NCBI GenBank assembly: GCA_010909165.1
Contig: MU008163.1
Span: forward strand, 1,364,001 to 1,428,000
Direction of reading: 5' to 3'
Source of the DNA: Anthoceros angustus
Lineage: Eukaryota; Plantae; Anthocerotophyta
Length of the DNA: 64,000 bases
This document shows positions 1 to 11,378 of this stretch, in pieces. Numbering within the stretch: the stretch's first letter is position 1; each line of letters begins with the position of its first letter. The translations under genes were made by a program, and so were the position numbers. The notes under the pieces are model-generated. The model did not search any database. It was not told the origin of the DNA and saw nothing but the letters and a program-made list of their open reading frames with translations.

Positions 1-285
1 TACGCAACGAACTCAGACATTTAACCTATGGGCATTCGCCGTTATGCCCGTGGAGTTTGAGGTACCAACGCTCCGAGTCATGATGGAGGGACGCTTAATG
101 ATGAAGAAAGCCAACCGAGCGAGGGTTTGTCCAAGATACCTAAAGGCGGAGGAGGCGCAAAGACAATGCAATCGGTACAAAACCGGCGGAAGCTATGGCA
201 TCACCGCGACCCGCAAGGTGGAGTATGTGAAGGAGGGAGATCTAGCCCTTCTTTCTGACGATCGCCATATGCACTTCCCGGCAAG
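1..285 (+). repeat. Duplicate of the integrase C-terminal coding segment (copy of 1289-1574); tail of a ~1.29-kb tandem duplication
   Basis: Near-identical DNA and the shared peptide MPVEFEVPTLRVMMEGRLMMKKA in ORFs 44..904 and 867..1508; at ~285 the sequence jumps back to the pre-integrase linker. Confidence 0.9.
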
Positions 286-1692
286 GGAGGCAACACCAAA
301 ATCGACTATCCAGTTGAAGGCGGGCCGACCACTGGGATCGGAGGATGACTTTCCGGACGAGGAATTGGTGGCAGCAGTGGAGACACAGGAGGAGGAGCGC
401 AGTCTGAAGAACCCCAAACTTGTGGACAGCGCAACCGTAGCAGAAGCGGAGAAGGGGAGCGGACGTAGAGGACGGCCCACCTATGCGGAGCTGGAACGGT
501 ACCTGTGGGAGATGGAGATTCCAAAGGAGTTAAACCGTGCCCAACAACAGGCCTTCGTACATTACGCTCGGCCCTTCAGGATGTACAATGGATGTATCTT
601 TAAGGTGGGACCGGACGGTGTGGAGCGTAGGTACCTTCAACAGGCAGAAACAGAGATAGTCATAAAAGGGATGCACGAAGGCCTGGGCGGTGGTCATTAT
701 GTTGCACAGGTCACCACCAAGAAAATCTTGGAGGCCGGATACTGGTGGCCCACCATGTATGGCGAAACGCACCAGTTTGTAAAAAGATGTGATGCTTGTC
801 AGCGGATCGGGAAGCCGACCCCCACGATGCAATGGCCGCTGGTGCCCATACTCGCACTAGCACCGTTTGAGAAATGGGGAATCGACTTCGTCGGACCTAT
901 CTGACCTGACGACACACATAGAAGAGGTACATCCTGGTGGCAACGGACTAATGCGGTGGGTGGAGGCGGCGGCAACAAGGACGGACTCTGCAAGTACAGT
1001 GGCAAAGTTCCTCTATGAGAACATCATCACGCGGTATGGGTGCACGTTGCAGTTGGTAAGTGATAGGGGAACTCATTTCCTCAATGATGTGATAACTGCA
1101 ATGACGGACTATTTCGGTATAAACCATCGCAAGATGGCTCCATACAACCCGAAGGCCAATGGGTTAACGGAGAAGACTAACGGACTTATGTGTCGCATCC
1201 TGAATAAGCTCACGATTAACTATGCGCACGACTGGGATACTAAGCTACCATCCGCGCTATGGGCCTTCAGGACGGCGGAGAAGGTAACTACGCAACGAAC
1301 TTCGTATTACTTAACCTATGGACACTCGCCGGTTATGCCCGTGGAGTTTGAGGTACCAACGCTCCGAGTCATGATGGAGGGACGCTTAATGATGAAGAAA
1401 GCCAGCTGGGCGGCTAGGGTTTGTCCGGCCTCGAGGAGGAGGAGGCGCAGATGTAATGCAATCGGTACAAAACCAGCGGAAGCTATGGCACGACCGGCGA
1501 CTCCATAGCGGGAGTATGTGAAGGAGGGATCTAGCCCTTCTTTCTGACGATCGCCATATGCACTTCCGGGCAAGCTTCACTTACGATGGATGGGCCTTAC
1601 CGGTAGTGCGGTCTCGAATGGGTCCGTTCGACTCCGTGATTAGATGGTGAATCGCTGCCCACAAATGGGTGGTGAAGAAGTATCATGCTTAG
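286..1692 (+). pseudogene. pol: Ty3/Gypsy pol, integrase region (H2C2 zinc finger, rve core, GPY/F domain), frameshifted; no chromodomain
   Basis: HEGLGGGH...GYWWPTMY...CDACQR (H2C2); PFEKWGIDFVGPI, LVSDRGTHFLN, YNPKANGLTEKTNG (DDE core); KLHLRWMG(P)YR near 1572-1600; ends ...KKYHA-stop at ~1692. Confidence 0.95.
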
Positions 1693-1714
1693 TGTTGGCG
1701 AGACGCCAATGTAT

Positions 1715-1726
1715 GAGAAGGGAGTA
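1715..1726 (+). promoter_or_regulatory. Polypurine tract of Gypsy family A
   Basis: GAGAAGGGAGTA about 22 bp after the integrase stop and immediately before TGTGG at 1727. Confidence 0.85.
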
Positions 1727-2387
1727 TGTGGACAGCGGACTCCTTGGGGTTGGGAAATAAGCGGGGTTTGTTTTTTTCGTAGGTATGGAGTGTAAAATAA
1801 GGCGGAAAAGGAGGAATAAGCACGGACTCAGACTCGATGCTCGAGTACCGACTCCGGTAGGTAACGGACCCCGGTGCCACTCAAGGACCCCGAACACGCA
1901 ATGAGATCGGATAAGTCCGGACCCCACTCCGGGTCCGAATGGGATAAGTATGCCCAGTAAGGTAATTTAGAAGTTGGGGCGTGAGTTAGACAGAGCGGCG
2001 CCACGTGGACGGCCCTGAATGGAAGACGGGCATGCAGTAGGCCAGGACCATAGGGTTGCCAGTGGTCGTTATAGGTAGGTATTCACGCCTGCACGCTGGC
2101 GCGCACAAGGCCGAGTAGGCGGAAGCGCAGAGAGTAAGCCATGCAGCCTCGAGCCACGACAAATAAGAGCCACCTCCGCTACTTCCGACGGCGAGAGGCA
2201 AGGCGGAGGTCATTCTTCCAAGCAACTTCGCAGCGATCTTCGCATTCTCTCGCGCCGACACCCGCCTCCGGCGTTGTCTTTGATCGCCAGCACCTCGGCC
2301 GCCGACTTCGCGAGGGAAGCAACCGACGCCGCGCCAAGGAACGGACGATCATGGAGCCTCACACTCCAACAGCGGAGATGAGGGAAG

Positions 2388-5096
2388 ATGGGACCCAAGA
2401 AGGCGGCGGAGGTTTGGGAGCCATGGAGCTTGGTGGAGCGCAACATCGCCACCAAGCGCTACCCTACGTGGCTGGAGGAGGCGGGGATTGGTCAAGGAGT
2501 GGCACTGGACGCTTTCCTCGACACAAGCCGCCTAGTCCGGGAGTACGCCCGGAAGATGTTGGCAGCGGCCAACAAGGAGGTTCGCTCTAAGAGCCTTCGA
2601 GAGGACCCTAGGAGGTGGACCGTGGAGGTCCTGAGGGCGGTGTACAACCGGCCAGCGGAGGAAATTGGGGGCGTAGTCCCGGAACCTCTCAAGGCCAGGG
2701 GAAAGATAGAGGCGGCAAAGGCCGCCCTGCTGAAGCCAGGAACGCAACGAACAACCAACGGCCGGGTTGATGCCTGACTTGGCCGGACAGAGGGTGAGCA
2801 GGCCGTGATCATTGTCCATCGAACATGCTCACCAAGGTAGATCACCTTGGTGACACCGGTGTTCCCGCATGCGCCGCAGAGGAAGGAGGCGATCGGGAAG
2901 GATCATCTTCGCCAGATCAATCGTGAAGCTCAAGCCGAGGTGAGAAGCCTCCTCCGTCGGCGTTATCGCCGTTCTTAATTCATGTGGGCACGCGAACCTC
3001 CCAAGGAGGGAGAAGAGGAACGCAGAGGCGGGCCGCCACGGAGGCGTATGGAAGAGCGCGGAGGTGGAGGCCCGTCCGGCAAGCAAGAGGCGGAGGAAGA
3101 CGATCGAGGGAATCCTGACTCCATACGTCTGAGCGGACTCGCCACCGAGGGAAGTGTGGGAGGACATCCCCGCTTCCTCCTCCCGGTGCCCCCACCGAGC
3201 AAAGCAGGAGGTGGAGGAGGCGGGAGGCGTATGGAAGAGCGCGGAGGTGGAGGAAGCAAGCCATGCATCACCACCACCACGACGACGGCACGAGCCCCGA
3301 CGGACTGCCGGGACCAAGAGGCGGAAGGCGTGCCACCCGCCAACGCAAAGACCTGTGACGGCCTGCGTTGCCCCCGCCAACGAGTGGCAAGAAGTCGAGG
3401 AGGCGGAGGAGGCGGAAAGGGACGCCGCCCAAGGAGCGGAGGCCACAAGGAGGCGCATGGTGCCCCCACCGAGTCCTGTCTCCGACCGGGAGAGGCAAAA
3501 GGGTCAGCTCCCGAACCCCCTCACCCCCTCCGAGCCCCAGGAGAAAGAGGGCGGACAAGGAATTGGCGGCCAAGAGGGCCAAAGAAGGTGAGGCTCCGGA
3601 CCTCAGTACTCAGGACCTAAGGGTCCTGATTAGGTCCGGAGAGCCCAGTCCGGACTCACTCCGGGCTGCGGTATGGAGGTCCTTGGCGGACCGAGAGATG
3701 CCCGCCCCCACGACGGACTTCTTGGGGGCCTCACCGGTGGCAGCCGTGGAAGAGACACGGTCCTGCCACCCATGGACGGTATGCCTGGGACTCTACGGAC
3801 GGCCGAGAAGACCTGTGGAGGTGGAGGCCAAGGAGGCGATGGTGCTCCTCCGTGAGCATGGAGGCGCCCAGAGGCAAGGAAGAAGGCGGAAGTCCTCGGC
3901 CGCATCGAGGAAGGCGGAAGGCGGAGGCGGAGCGCGAGGTCCGAGCATTAGAAGACCGGACCAAGGTCCTCCACCGTGAGGAGGAGCGAGGGAGGAGGAG
4001 GCCCAAGCACGGGCCAAGCCTGCACAAGGAGGCGATGGTGCTCCTCCAGGAGCATGGAGGCGGCCCAGGAGGCAAGGAAGAAGGCGGAAGTCCTCGGCCG
4101 CATCGAGGAAGGGAAACGGCGGGAGGCGGAGCGCGAGGTCCGAGCGATTCAGGAAGACCGGACCAAGGTCCTCCAGCTGTGTGAGCAGCTGAGGCAGGCG
4201 CAGGAGGCCCAAGCACGGGCTGAAGATCTCTGCAGACGAAGGGGGGAGGCGCAGAAGGAGGCGGAGAGGGCTCGCGACCTGGCTGAGGCGGCCCGGCCGC
4301 CCAACATCGACCCGAGGCTCACCAAGGCCGAGGAGAAGCGGAAGCGGCGGTCGACCGGGATCACTATCGACGTGATCGAACCGTGGAGGGAGACGGGTCC
4401 GAACCTCTCAAGGCCGAACAAAGCAGAAGTGAGCAAGCATGCCGAGCCGTGAGGAGGAGCTGGAGGTCAAGACCGGAAATAGGGGACCTGTGGTGCACTG
4501 CAGGAGAAGGGGCGAGGGAGCCGGAGGATGAAGGATACCTTGAGCCGCAACTCCAAGACGACGGAAAGCAGGGGTTCTCAACGAGAGAATCCAAGACTTC
4601 GAGCGGAGATAGAGCGCCCAGCCGCTTGAAGACGGAGGAGAATAGGCGACCCAAGGAGTTCGACGCCGCGAGGCCGCAGCAGCAGAGGTGGAGGAAGCCG
4701 AGTCGACGGGGATACCGCCCGCCTGGAGAAGGAAGTGGCGACCGGAAAGGATAAACGGAGGGAAGAAAGCGCTGGAGGAGAACGCCGAGCACCTCTGGCG
4801 GAGGGTGAGCTCGGCTCCATGGCCAAAGAATCATGAGCCGGAACGACGGAGGAGGAGAACGCCGAAAGAAGGCCGCAGGAGGTGGAGGCCGCTTTGGTGG
4901 CATCGAGGAGTCCGCACTGCAGGAGGTGGAGGCCCAAGGAGGCGGCCAGGCCGGACAACATGCCCACCGCCGAGCACCTCGGAGGGAATACCGGTGCCCG
5001 GCCCATGTGGAGGAGGCCAACAAGTCGATTCCGACTTTGCCTACTACCACGCAGAGCTCCTCAAGGCTGGAGGTCTTGCGCCACCCAGGCAGGTGA
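2388..5096 (+). pseudogene. LTR-internal sense ORF of family A: conserved N-terminal domain, low-complexity linker, E/R/A-rich coiled-coil region; frameshifted, end approximate
   Basis: MGPKKAAEVWEPWSLVERNIATKRYP... (2388), ALSPFLIHV at ~2960-2986, coiled-coil-like EAAQEARKKAEVLGRIEEGKRREAEREVRAIQEDRTKVLQ (ORF 3976..4452). Matching peptides are present in the solo copy. Confidence 0.7.
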
Positions 5097-5369
5097 GCGG
5101 ACTTCCGTAAGGGCTCAAGGAGGAGCGAGGGAGGAAGGACCCGGGATGCAGCCCACGGGACCCTAGGAGCTACTGCTTGATGACACAGCAGCAGGGAGAG
5201 CAGGAGGAGCCGGACGGAAGAAGGGTCAGACCTGAGGTAAGCACTCTGCACCTCCGCACGGAAGGAAGGGAGGAGGGCCCTTGGGAGGCCGTGGAAGGGG
5301 CGCAACCGGGCACTCGGGAACCAAGGGAGGCTGGGATGAGCCGTGATCGCCCGTGAGGAGGCAAAACCA

Positions 5370-7345
5370 GAGCGGGTCCGGACTTTGTCCGGACTCGAGG
5401 AAGGTTGGGCCCAAGACCGGACCCCGAGGCAAGTCCGGCCCTCAAGGAAGTCCGACTTAGAGGTCCAGATTTAGTGACGAGACCGACCCCGAGGTCCTGA
5501 CCTGTGGAAGGGTTGGGCCCAGAAGACCGGACCCCAGAGGCAAGTCCGGACCCCGAGGTCCGAACTCCGTAAGGGCTCAAGGAGGAGGAGGCCGGACCCG
5601 GAGGAAGAAGGCCGGACCTAGAGGTCCGGACTCCGGAGTCGAGACGGGGTCCTGAGGTCCAGACTGGAGTGGGGAGAGCCACCATCACCCAGCAGATCCA
5701 TCTTGAGGCTGCAGGGCCCGCCAGAGATAAGAGAGGAGGGAGGAGGACTTAGTGGTGGCCGTTGTCGAGGCCGCAGCAGGAGGCGGAGCGAGGTCCGGAC
5801 CTGTGGTGCACTGCAGGAGAGGTAGGGGTCCCGCCTCGCGGATCATCCGATTGGGTGCGCCGCAGTCGTCAGGGCTCGGCTTTGGGCCGCCGGTGCCAAG
5901 ACGGAATCAGGGGCCATCCCAGCCCCACCACCGACGGCGGAGATAGGAGGAATAGGGAGAATAGTAGGCGGCCGATTAGGTCCGGACTCGAGGAAGGTTG
6001 GGCCCAGGCCGGACGGAGGAATAGAGGTGTAATAAAGGCGCCGACCTTCGGCGTAGTATAAGAGGGCTGAGGTTGCTCTGAGTAAAGCATCTTTCTCTTG
6101 GTGTTGATGCGTCTTCTGGCAAGCTCTTGGGTGCCTTCTTGTTAACGCGAGTCCCGAGTCATCGAAAGCAGCCGACCGAGAGACCGATTAAGGTCTTAGT
6201 GATGACCCTAACGTGTGGTGGTGTGTGCGGAAGCGGCGCTTAGGGACCCTTGCTCGTCAGGCGGTGGCGGCCGATTAGGTCCGGACCGAGTCGAGACGGG
6301 GTCCCGAGGTCCGGACTCGAGGAAGGCCGGACCTAGAGGTCCGGACTCGAGTCGAGACGGGGTCCCGAGGTCCGGACTCGAGGAAGGGAGGAGGAGAGCC
6401 ACCGATCACCCAGATCCATCTCTTGGAGGGCTGCTGCGAGGCCCGAGATAAGAGGAGGAGGAGGACTTAGTGGTGGCCGCCGTTGTCGAGGCCGCAGCAG
6501 GAGGCCGGACCCCGAGGAGAGGTAGGGGTCCCGCCTCGCGGATCATCCGATTGGGTGCGCATGATCGTCGAGCTCGGCTTTGGGCGCGGTGCCAAGGCAG
6601 ATCGGGGGCCATCCGGCCCATGTGGAGGAGGCAAAACCAGAGCGGAGATAGGAGGAATAGGGAGAATAGTAGGCGGCCGATTAGGTCCGGACCCCGGAGG
6701 AACTCGGGAGGCGGAGGAATAGAGGTGTAATAAAGGCGCCGACCTTGGTAGTATAAGAGGGCCGAGGTCGCCTCGAGTAAAGCATCTTTCTCTTGGTGTT
6801 GATGCGTCTTGGCGAGCTCTTGGGTGCCTTCTTGTTAGCAGTCTGAGTCAGCGGTGGCGGCCGGAGGCCGATTAAGGTCTTAGTGAGACCCTAACGTGTG
6901 GTGGTGTGTGCGGAAGCGGCGCTTAGGGACCCTTGCTCGTCAGGCGGTGGCCCAGCGTTGGGCGGGCCGGGCAGTGAGCGGAGGAACTCGGGAGGCGGAG
7001 CGAGGTCCGGACTTAGAGGCCCGGCAGAGCTACGAAGGAGGTCCGGACCGCATAGCCACCCGCGCTTTTCCCAAGGACGATGAGTGTAGTAAGTAGGGTG
7101 AGAGGAACGGACTAGATGGATGAGTGACGAACTTGAACGACGGAGGAGGCCGGACCACGAGGTCCGGACTTAGAGGTCCGGACTTAGAGGCCCAAGCACG
7201 GGCCCTGGTGAACGCTATGCGGGTAGTTAGGTGTGAAACGATAAATAGGCGTGTTGAGACTGAACGGACCCTAAGTAAGGTGAGGAACGATTGAAACGTG
7301 GCAAACGGAGCTACCATTCTCTTGGCGGACCTAGAGGTCCGGACT
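5370..7345 (+). repeat. Dense array of the palindromic motif (G)GTCCGGAC, often followed by CTCGAG or TAGAGG, in the distal family A LTR
   Basis: Many copies such as GAGGTCCGGACTCGAG and GAGGTCCGGACTTAGAGG; counterpart at ~20530-20760 includes tandem GTCCGGACTGTG units. Confidence 0.8.
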
Positions 7346-7499
7346 CACTACAACGACACGGATTGCTTGGCGGTGGCCATCGTGAAAGTCCCGCCACACA
7401 TAGCAACCACATCCTTGTGCTGCTCCGAAACTTAGCCAACTCCCGACCTACAACGACATGATACGTTCATAGGCCCTGCCCCTACGAAGGTAGGCCCAC

Positions 7500-9959
7500 T
7501 GTGGTGACCACATGGGTACTCAGACCCCCTCGAAAAGGAGTGTTTTTTTTGTTTTGTGTTTAAGTTGTGAGAATCGTGTGGAGTTGGAATGTGAAGTAGG
7601 TTAGGAAATAAGAAAAGTCTACTAGAGCCTAGTAGGAGGAAGAGAGTCTAGTCCTGATCCTGGACAGAACCTCGGAGGGTTGGCTGCTCGACCGGTTGCT
7701 AACGCGGTTGCTAGAGCCGTTGCTACAGGACTGCTGTTATGATGAACCGACTTTGGGGTCTGCGTGGTAGCAACCAAGTCGGAGTTATTTTCCGATAAAT
7801 TCGGAAAACCTATTTGGGCGAAATCACAGGGAAATACCCGAACGGGAAGTAACGGGGGGTCCTATTAGCAATTAAGCCCAGCGGCGGGAAGTGACGAGGA
7901 GTATCTTCATGAATCTAAGCGATGAAGATGGCGCCACCGAATCTGATCTGCGGGTCTGAGACGAGCGGACGCTGACGGGGCAGTGTCGCGCTGAGTCATG
8001 AAGGTACCGGTAGCGACAATCGCGCCAAGAACGGCCGAATTTGTTCTGAGTAGCATGCTCGGGAGGATGCGGCGGTGGCTGGAAGCCGGGCAGGGAGCCG
8101 TATGCTGAGCCGGCGGCAACACCCAAGTTACGGTCGGTGGAAGGAGCCAGAGGTGACGGAGCAAATTCCGGCATGAAGGTCCGTGGAGAACGCTCAAGAT
8201 GCAGGTGACCTTAACGAGTGAGCAGGCGCGGTGCAAGTTCTGCCCCAACAATGGTGGGAAGTAATCTGGCTGTGCAGCTCCTGGAGGAGGCTGGGCGGGC
8301 GGTTCAGGTGCTGCGACTGGTGCCGCAGGAAGCTGGGAAGAGCACGGTGAATTGGATAGGGCCAGGTGAAGTGGCTGTAGGAACTGTCCGCAAGATTGGT
8401 GAAAAAGTGGGGTGTGGTCGGGACAGGGCACGGACTGGTGGCACGCACCCTGGAGAAGCTTTCTGAGGAATGTCCTGGAAAACATAGTGATTCTTGTAAC
8501 TAGAGAAGCGGGGAACGTGGTCACAGCCATAAGGGGTCGCTGGGCATGCCGGGAGTAGCCGGGCTGGAACAGGAGTAACACGATGGGAGAGACAGGCCTG
8601 GAATAATCAACCGAAGTGACGCCAGAAGCTGCGGATAGAGGCTGAGACGAAGTGCACCAGGAGTCACTGTCTAACCGTGGTTGCAGGATACACCCTCCAG
8701 GCCTTACACAACTGAGGTGGGTTGGAAAGCAGCGGCTGGCCTGAGCCGAGGCAGGCGACATGTGGCAGTCAGAGGATAAGAACGGGATTTCTATTCCAGG
8801 ATGGTGCCCGGCGCGGAAGCCGAACAGAAACGAGTGGAGGTTATGGTGCGGGTTGAATGAATCTGTGGTCCGAGGGTGGTCTGTTGTGTTTTACAAGTTG
8901 TCCTAAGGACAGAGAGGTGCCAAGCCGAGGGGACAAGACCACGAGTTAACCTTGCTGTATGAGGGTAATTGCAAGATTCCAGTCGGAGTAAATTAAGTCG
9001 GCCCCGCATGTTGAGGTCCTGCACGGGAGCCGAGCGAATTATGCCATAGGGGGATCCTCCAGTCAAGCAGGGTACCAGGGCTAAGCGGAAAATCCGGCGA
9101 GGAAGCATGGCTCCTAAGAAGACCACTCCGGTGGCCATTGAGGCCAGTACCACTGTCCAGTGGCCCAACATGGGCCAAGCAGGAGGCACAAGCTGTCATT
9201 GCTCCCACATTGTCTAGGGTGGAGAATGGCTGGGTCACCAACAAGCTGGATCCCGAGCTGGCTGGATTAGCCAAGTGGATCCTGTGCTCTCAGCTCACTA
9301 AGAAGCTGGACCACATTGCTGACCATTTTCTTGTCTTTCTCTATGAGGTGGTAAGAGGGTCCAAGATAGATTGGGCCAGGATGTTCTATGACATAGCATG
9401 CAAGGAGAGGGACCACTTTACCCTACCATCACCCAGTCCCTCCGCTCTATCTCCCTCTTAATCCACGTCTTCGACCATGCCAAGTTGCTGGGGGGAATGG
9501 AGATGATCTCAACCTTTCACTCCTGGAAGCCTGTGTTTGAGAGGAGGAAGCCCAAAGAGGAGTCAGAGGACGAAGCCATCTCCAGTGGTACTGGGAGTGA
9601 AGATGAAAAGTCTGAAGTGTCCATGAAGAGGGATGTGGCTGTTGCTGAGGTAGCAGCCGCGGTTGCTAACAAAGCAACCGGGGTTGCTAAGACCCCAACA
9701 GGCACCAAGAGGGGTCGGACTGAGCAACAGGGGACTCCAACCACACCTAGAGCCACAAGAGCACGCACTGGGAGCTCACATGAACAAAAGCAGGACAAGG
9801 GAAAGGCCAGGGCAGCACCAGTTCCACTGGAGCCTGTGGCTGGGGAAGCCACAGGTCAACAGGAGGAATCAGCCCAACCCTTGGGCACAGTCGAGCTGAT
9901 CCGAGAAAGTGACTACCTGTTCAAGGAAGTGTCTTTCAAGTATACCCCGGAAGTTGTGG
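7500..9959 (+). mobile_element. Probable giant LTR of a second Gypsy family (B), truncated at 9959
   Basis: Begins TGTGG followed by a T-rich then purine-rich stretch like the family A LTR start, and contains a homologous ORF. No second terminus is present to confirm it. Confidence 0.5.
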
Positions 9960-9969
9960 TGCAACACTA
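9107..9969 (+). pseudogene. Family B ORF, homologous to the family A and C LTR ORFs; truncated by the 9960 junction
   Basis: MAPKK start at 9107; ENGWVT...FLVFLYEVVRGSKIDWARMFY...ALSP(L)LIHVF...LL...SWKP across ORFs 9138..9461 and 9398..10006. Confidence 0.75.
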
Positions 9970-11378
9970 TTCAAATTATTCCACTTGTCAACATGTGTTT
10001 GTGTGACTTGAGCTGCTCCAGAAGGTGATGAGGCTCCAGCAGCCGGTAGGACAGGTTGTGGAGATGTGCCATCAACCACTGCCCATACTCCTCTTGCGCG
10101 AAGGTTGGACATCATACATACACGCCATACTTCAAACCGAGTTCCATTAAACTGTCTCTTTCCTTCAATTCCTGTGAAGGTAGGAGCGGTTTGTGGAAGC
10201 CATTGTAATGTATTGATGGTTGTCTAGAAGGCGGATTTGTAGGAGGAGGTCTTGGAGGAGGTACGGTGGAGTTGGTGGAGGACCGGATGGTGGACTGGAG
10301 GGTGGTGTTCCTAATTCCCTTGCTTCCAAGTCTAACCTACGACGTAAGTGAGGGGAAAGAGGGAAGTTAAAGAGGTAATCCCTCGTTATCATAAAAAAAC
10401 AGTCCTCGGCCAACAGACAGGTAAGCAGTTAGGGTTTCGTGGATTTTCAGCAGGAAATAGAGAAAGAAAACTAACTTGCTGAATTATTTTCTAGGGCATT
10501 GGTGGGTTCAAAGGAACGGTTACCAACCGTCTGGCTGGCAGCCAAGCAAAAATGTGGGGTAGCAACAAAGATTCCAGCACTGTGAAAATCTAGAACCCGC
10601 ACCATGCCTAGAAGCTGGAAATAATAAGGTCACGAAGATCCTTATGAGAGGAACGAGAATCTCTTTAAAGATCCGGAGTTGTTGAGTCGACTTCTTAATT
10701 TCAGATGAGAATCTGATGGCAAACTTGTGAATTTTAAAATCTGTTGAATCCAATCGTTTGGAAAAAGATTCCTGTCACTGGACAGTAGAGTTCAATAATC
10801 CTTCCAAAATATCAATTGAATTTGAAAGTGCGCTCGTGCTCTTTGTGCAGGACTGAAATGCTGGAGAAGATTGCCTCACAGAGGATTGGTTAGGTCTGTA
10901 TAGGCACCCACAGTAATCACAAGGAATTAGAGCAGAGGTAGGAGATGCTGCAAAAACCTTGTTGCGATATCTGTAAAGCAGGTATTTTTCTGAGAACAAG
11001 TAATCTCGTTCAGCTTCAGATTCAGCACTAGTCCAGGGAATGCTCGAGCGAATAGGCGATCTGTAGATAGGTCTAGAAGAGGATTTCACAAAACCTCCTC
11101 TACCACCAGATCCGTAGTTAGACCTGTTCCTCGGCATCGTAGCTAGAGCATAGTCACCCGTATGGGCTCGATACCATAACAAAAATAGGAGACGCTGGAT
11201 TTATGTCAAGACAACTTGACATCATGTGTGAGCACAAAGGAGAGAACAACACGAGCCTAGAATGCTTGAGTGTTCATTAAGTGAATAATAATATAAAGAG
11301 TATTGAAAAGTATTTATATGTAAGTAACCCTAAGTTCGCTATGCGTCTAGGTTACAATAAACAAGGCATATTTTAACA
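9960..11378 (-). mobile_element. Copia-1 5' portion: 5' LTR 11177-11378, tRNA-Met PBS 11166-11176, leader, start of gag
   Basis: Minus strand reads TGTTAAAATATG...TTGTTA then TGGTATC(A)GAGC; collinear with 30110-31499; followed by TGTTT at 11379-11383. Confidence 0.9.
10775..11137 (-). CDS. 120-aa upstream ORF in the Copia-1 leader, unknown function, contains CDYCGC
   Basis: ATG at 11137, about 30 bp after the PBS: MPRNRSNYGSGGRGGFVKSS...LIPCDYCGCLY...; frameshifted copy at ~30910-31254. Confidence 0.4.
   Translation of the reverse strand: MPRNRSNYGSGGRGGFVKSSSRPIYRSPIRSSIPWTSAESEAERDYLFSEKYLLYRYRNKVFAASPTSALIPCDYCGCLYRPNQSSVRQSSPAFQSCTKSTSALSNSIDILEGLLNSTVQ

Larger units (their letters stand above)
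1727..7398 (+). mobile_element. Giant 3' LTR of Gypsy family A (~5.7 kb including local duplications)
   Basis: Starts TGTGG after the PPT and ends CCACA (inverted termini). Both ends and the interior are collinear with the reverse complement of the TSD-flanked insertion at 19582-24590. Confidence 0.9.

Noticed and set aside
2829-5688. Many overlapping minus-strand ORFs (and plus-strand equivalents at 20261-22996)
   Set aside because: Shadows of the GC-rich LTR ORF on the opposite strand; no conserved motifs.
1727-7398. Reading this region as an internal env-like or 3' extra-ORF region of an Athila/Tat element
   Set aside because: It lies downstream of the PPT and occurs alone with a TSD at 19582-24590, which identifies it as LTR.
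9940-9969. TGCAACACTA as a 9-10-bp MULE target-site duplication
   Set aside because: The outer flanks at 9959 and 59956 are not inverted repeats of each other, and the left flank is a Gypsy-type ORF. Not fully excluded.
11166-11176. tRNA gene
   Set aside because: Only the 11-12-nt primer-binding site complementary to initiator tRNA-Met; no cloverleaf.
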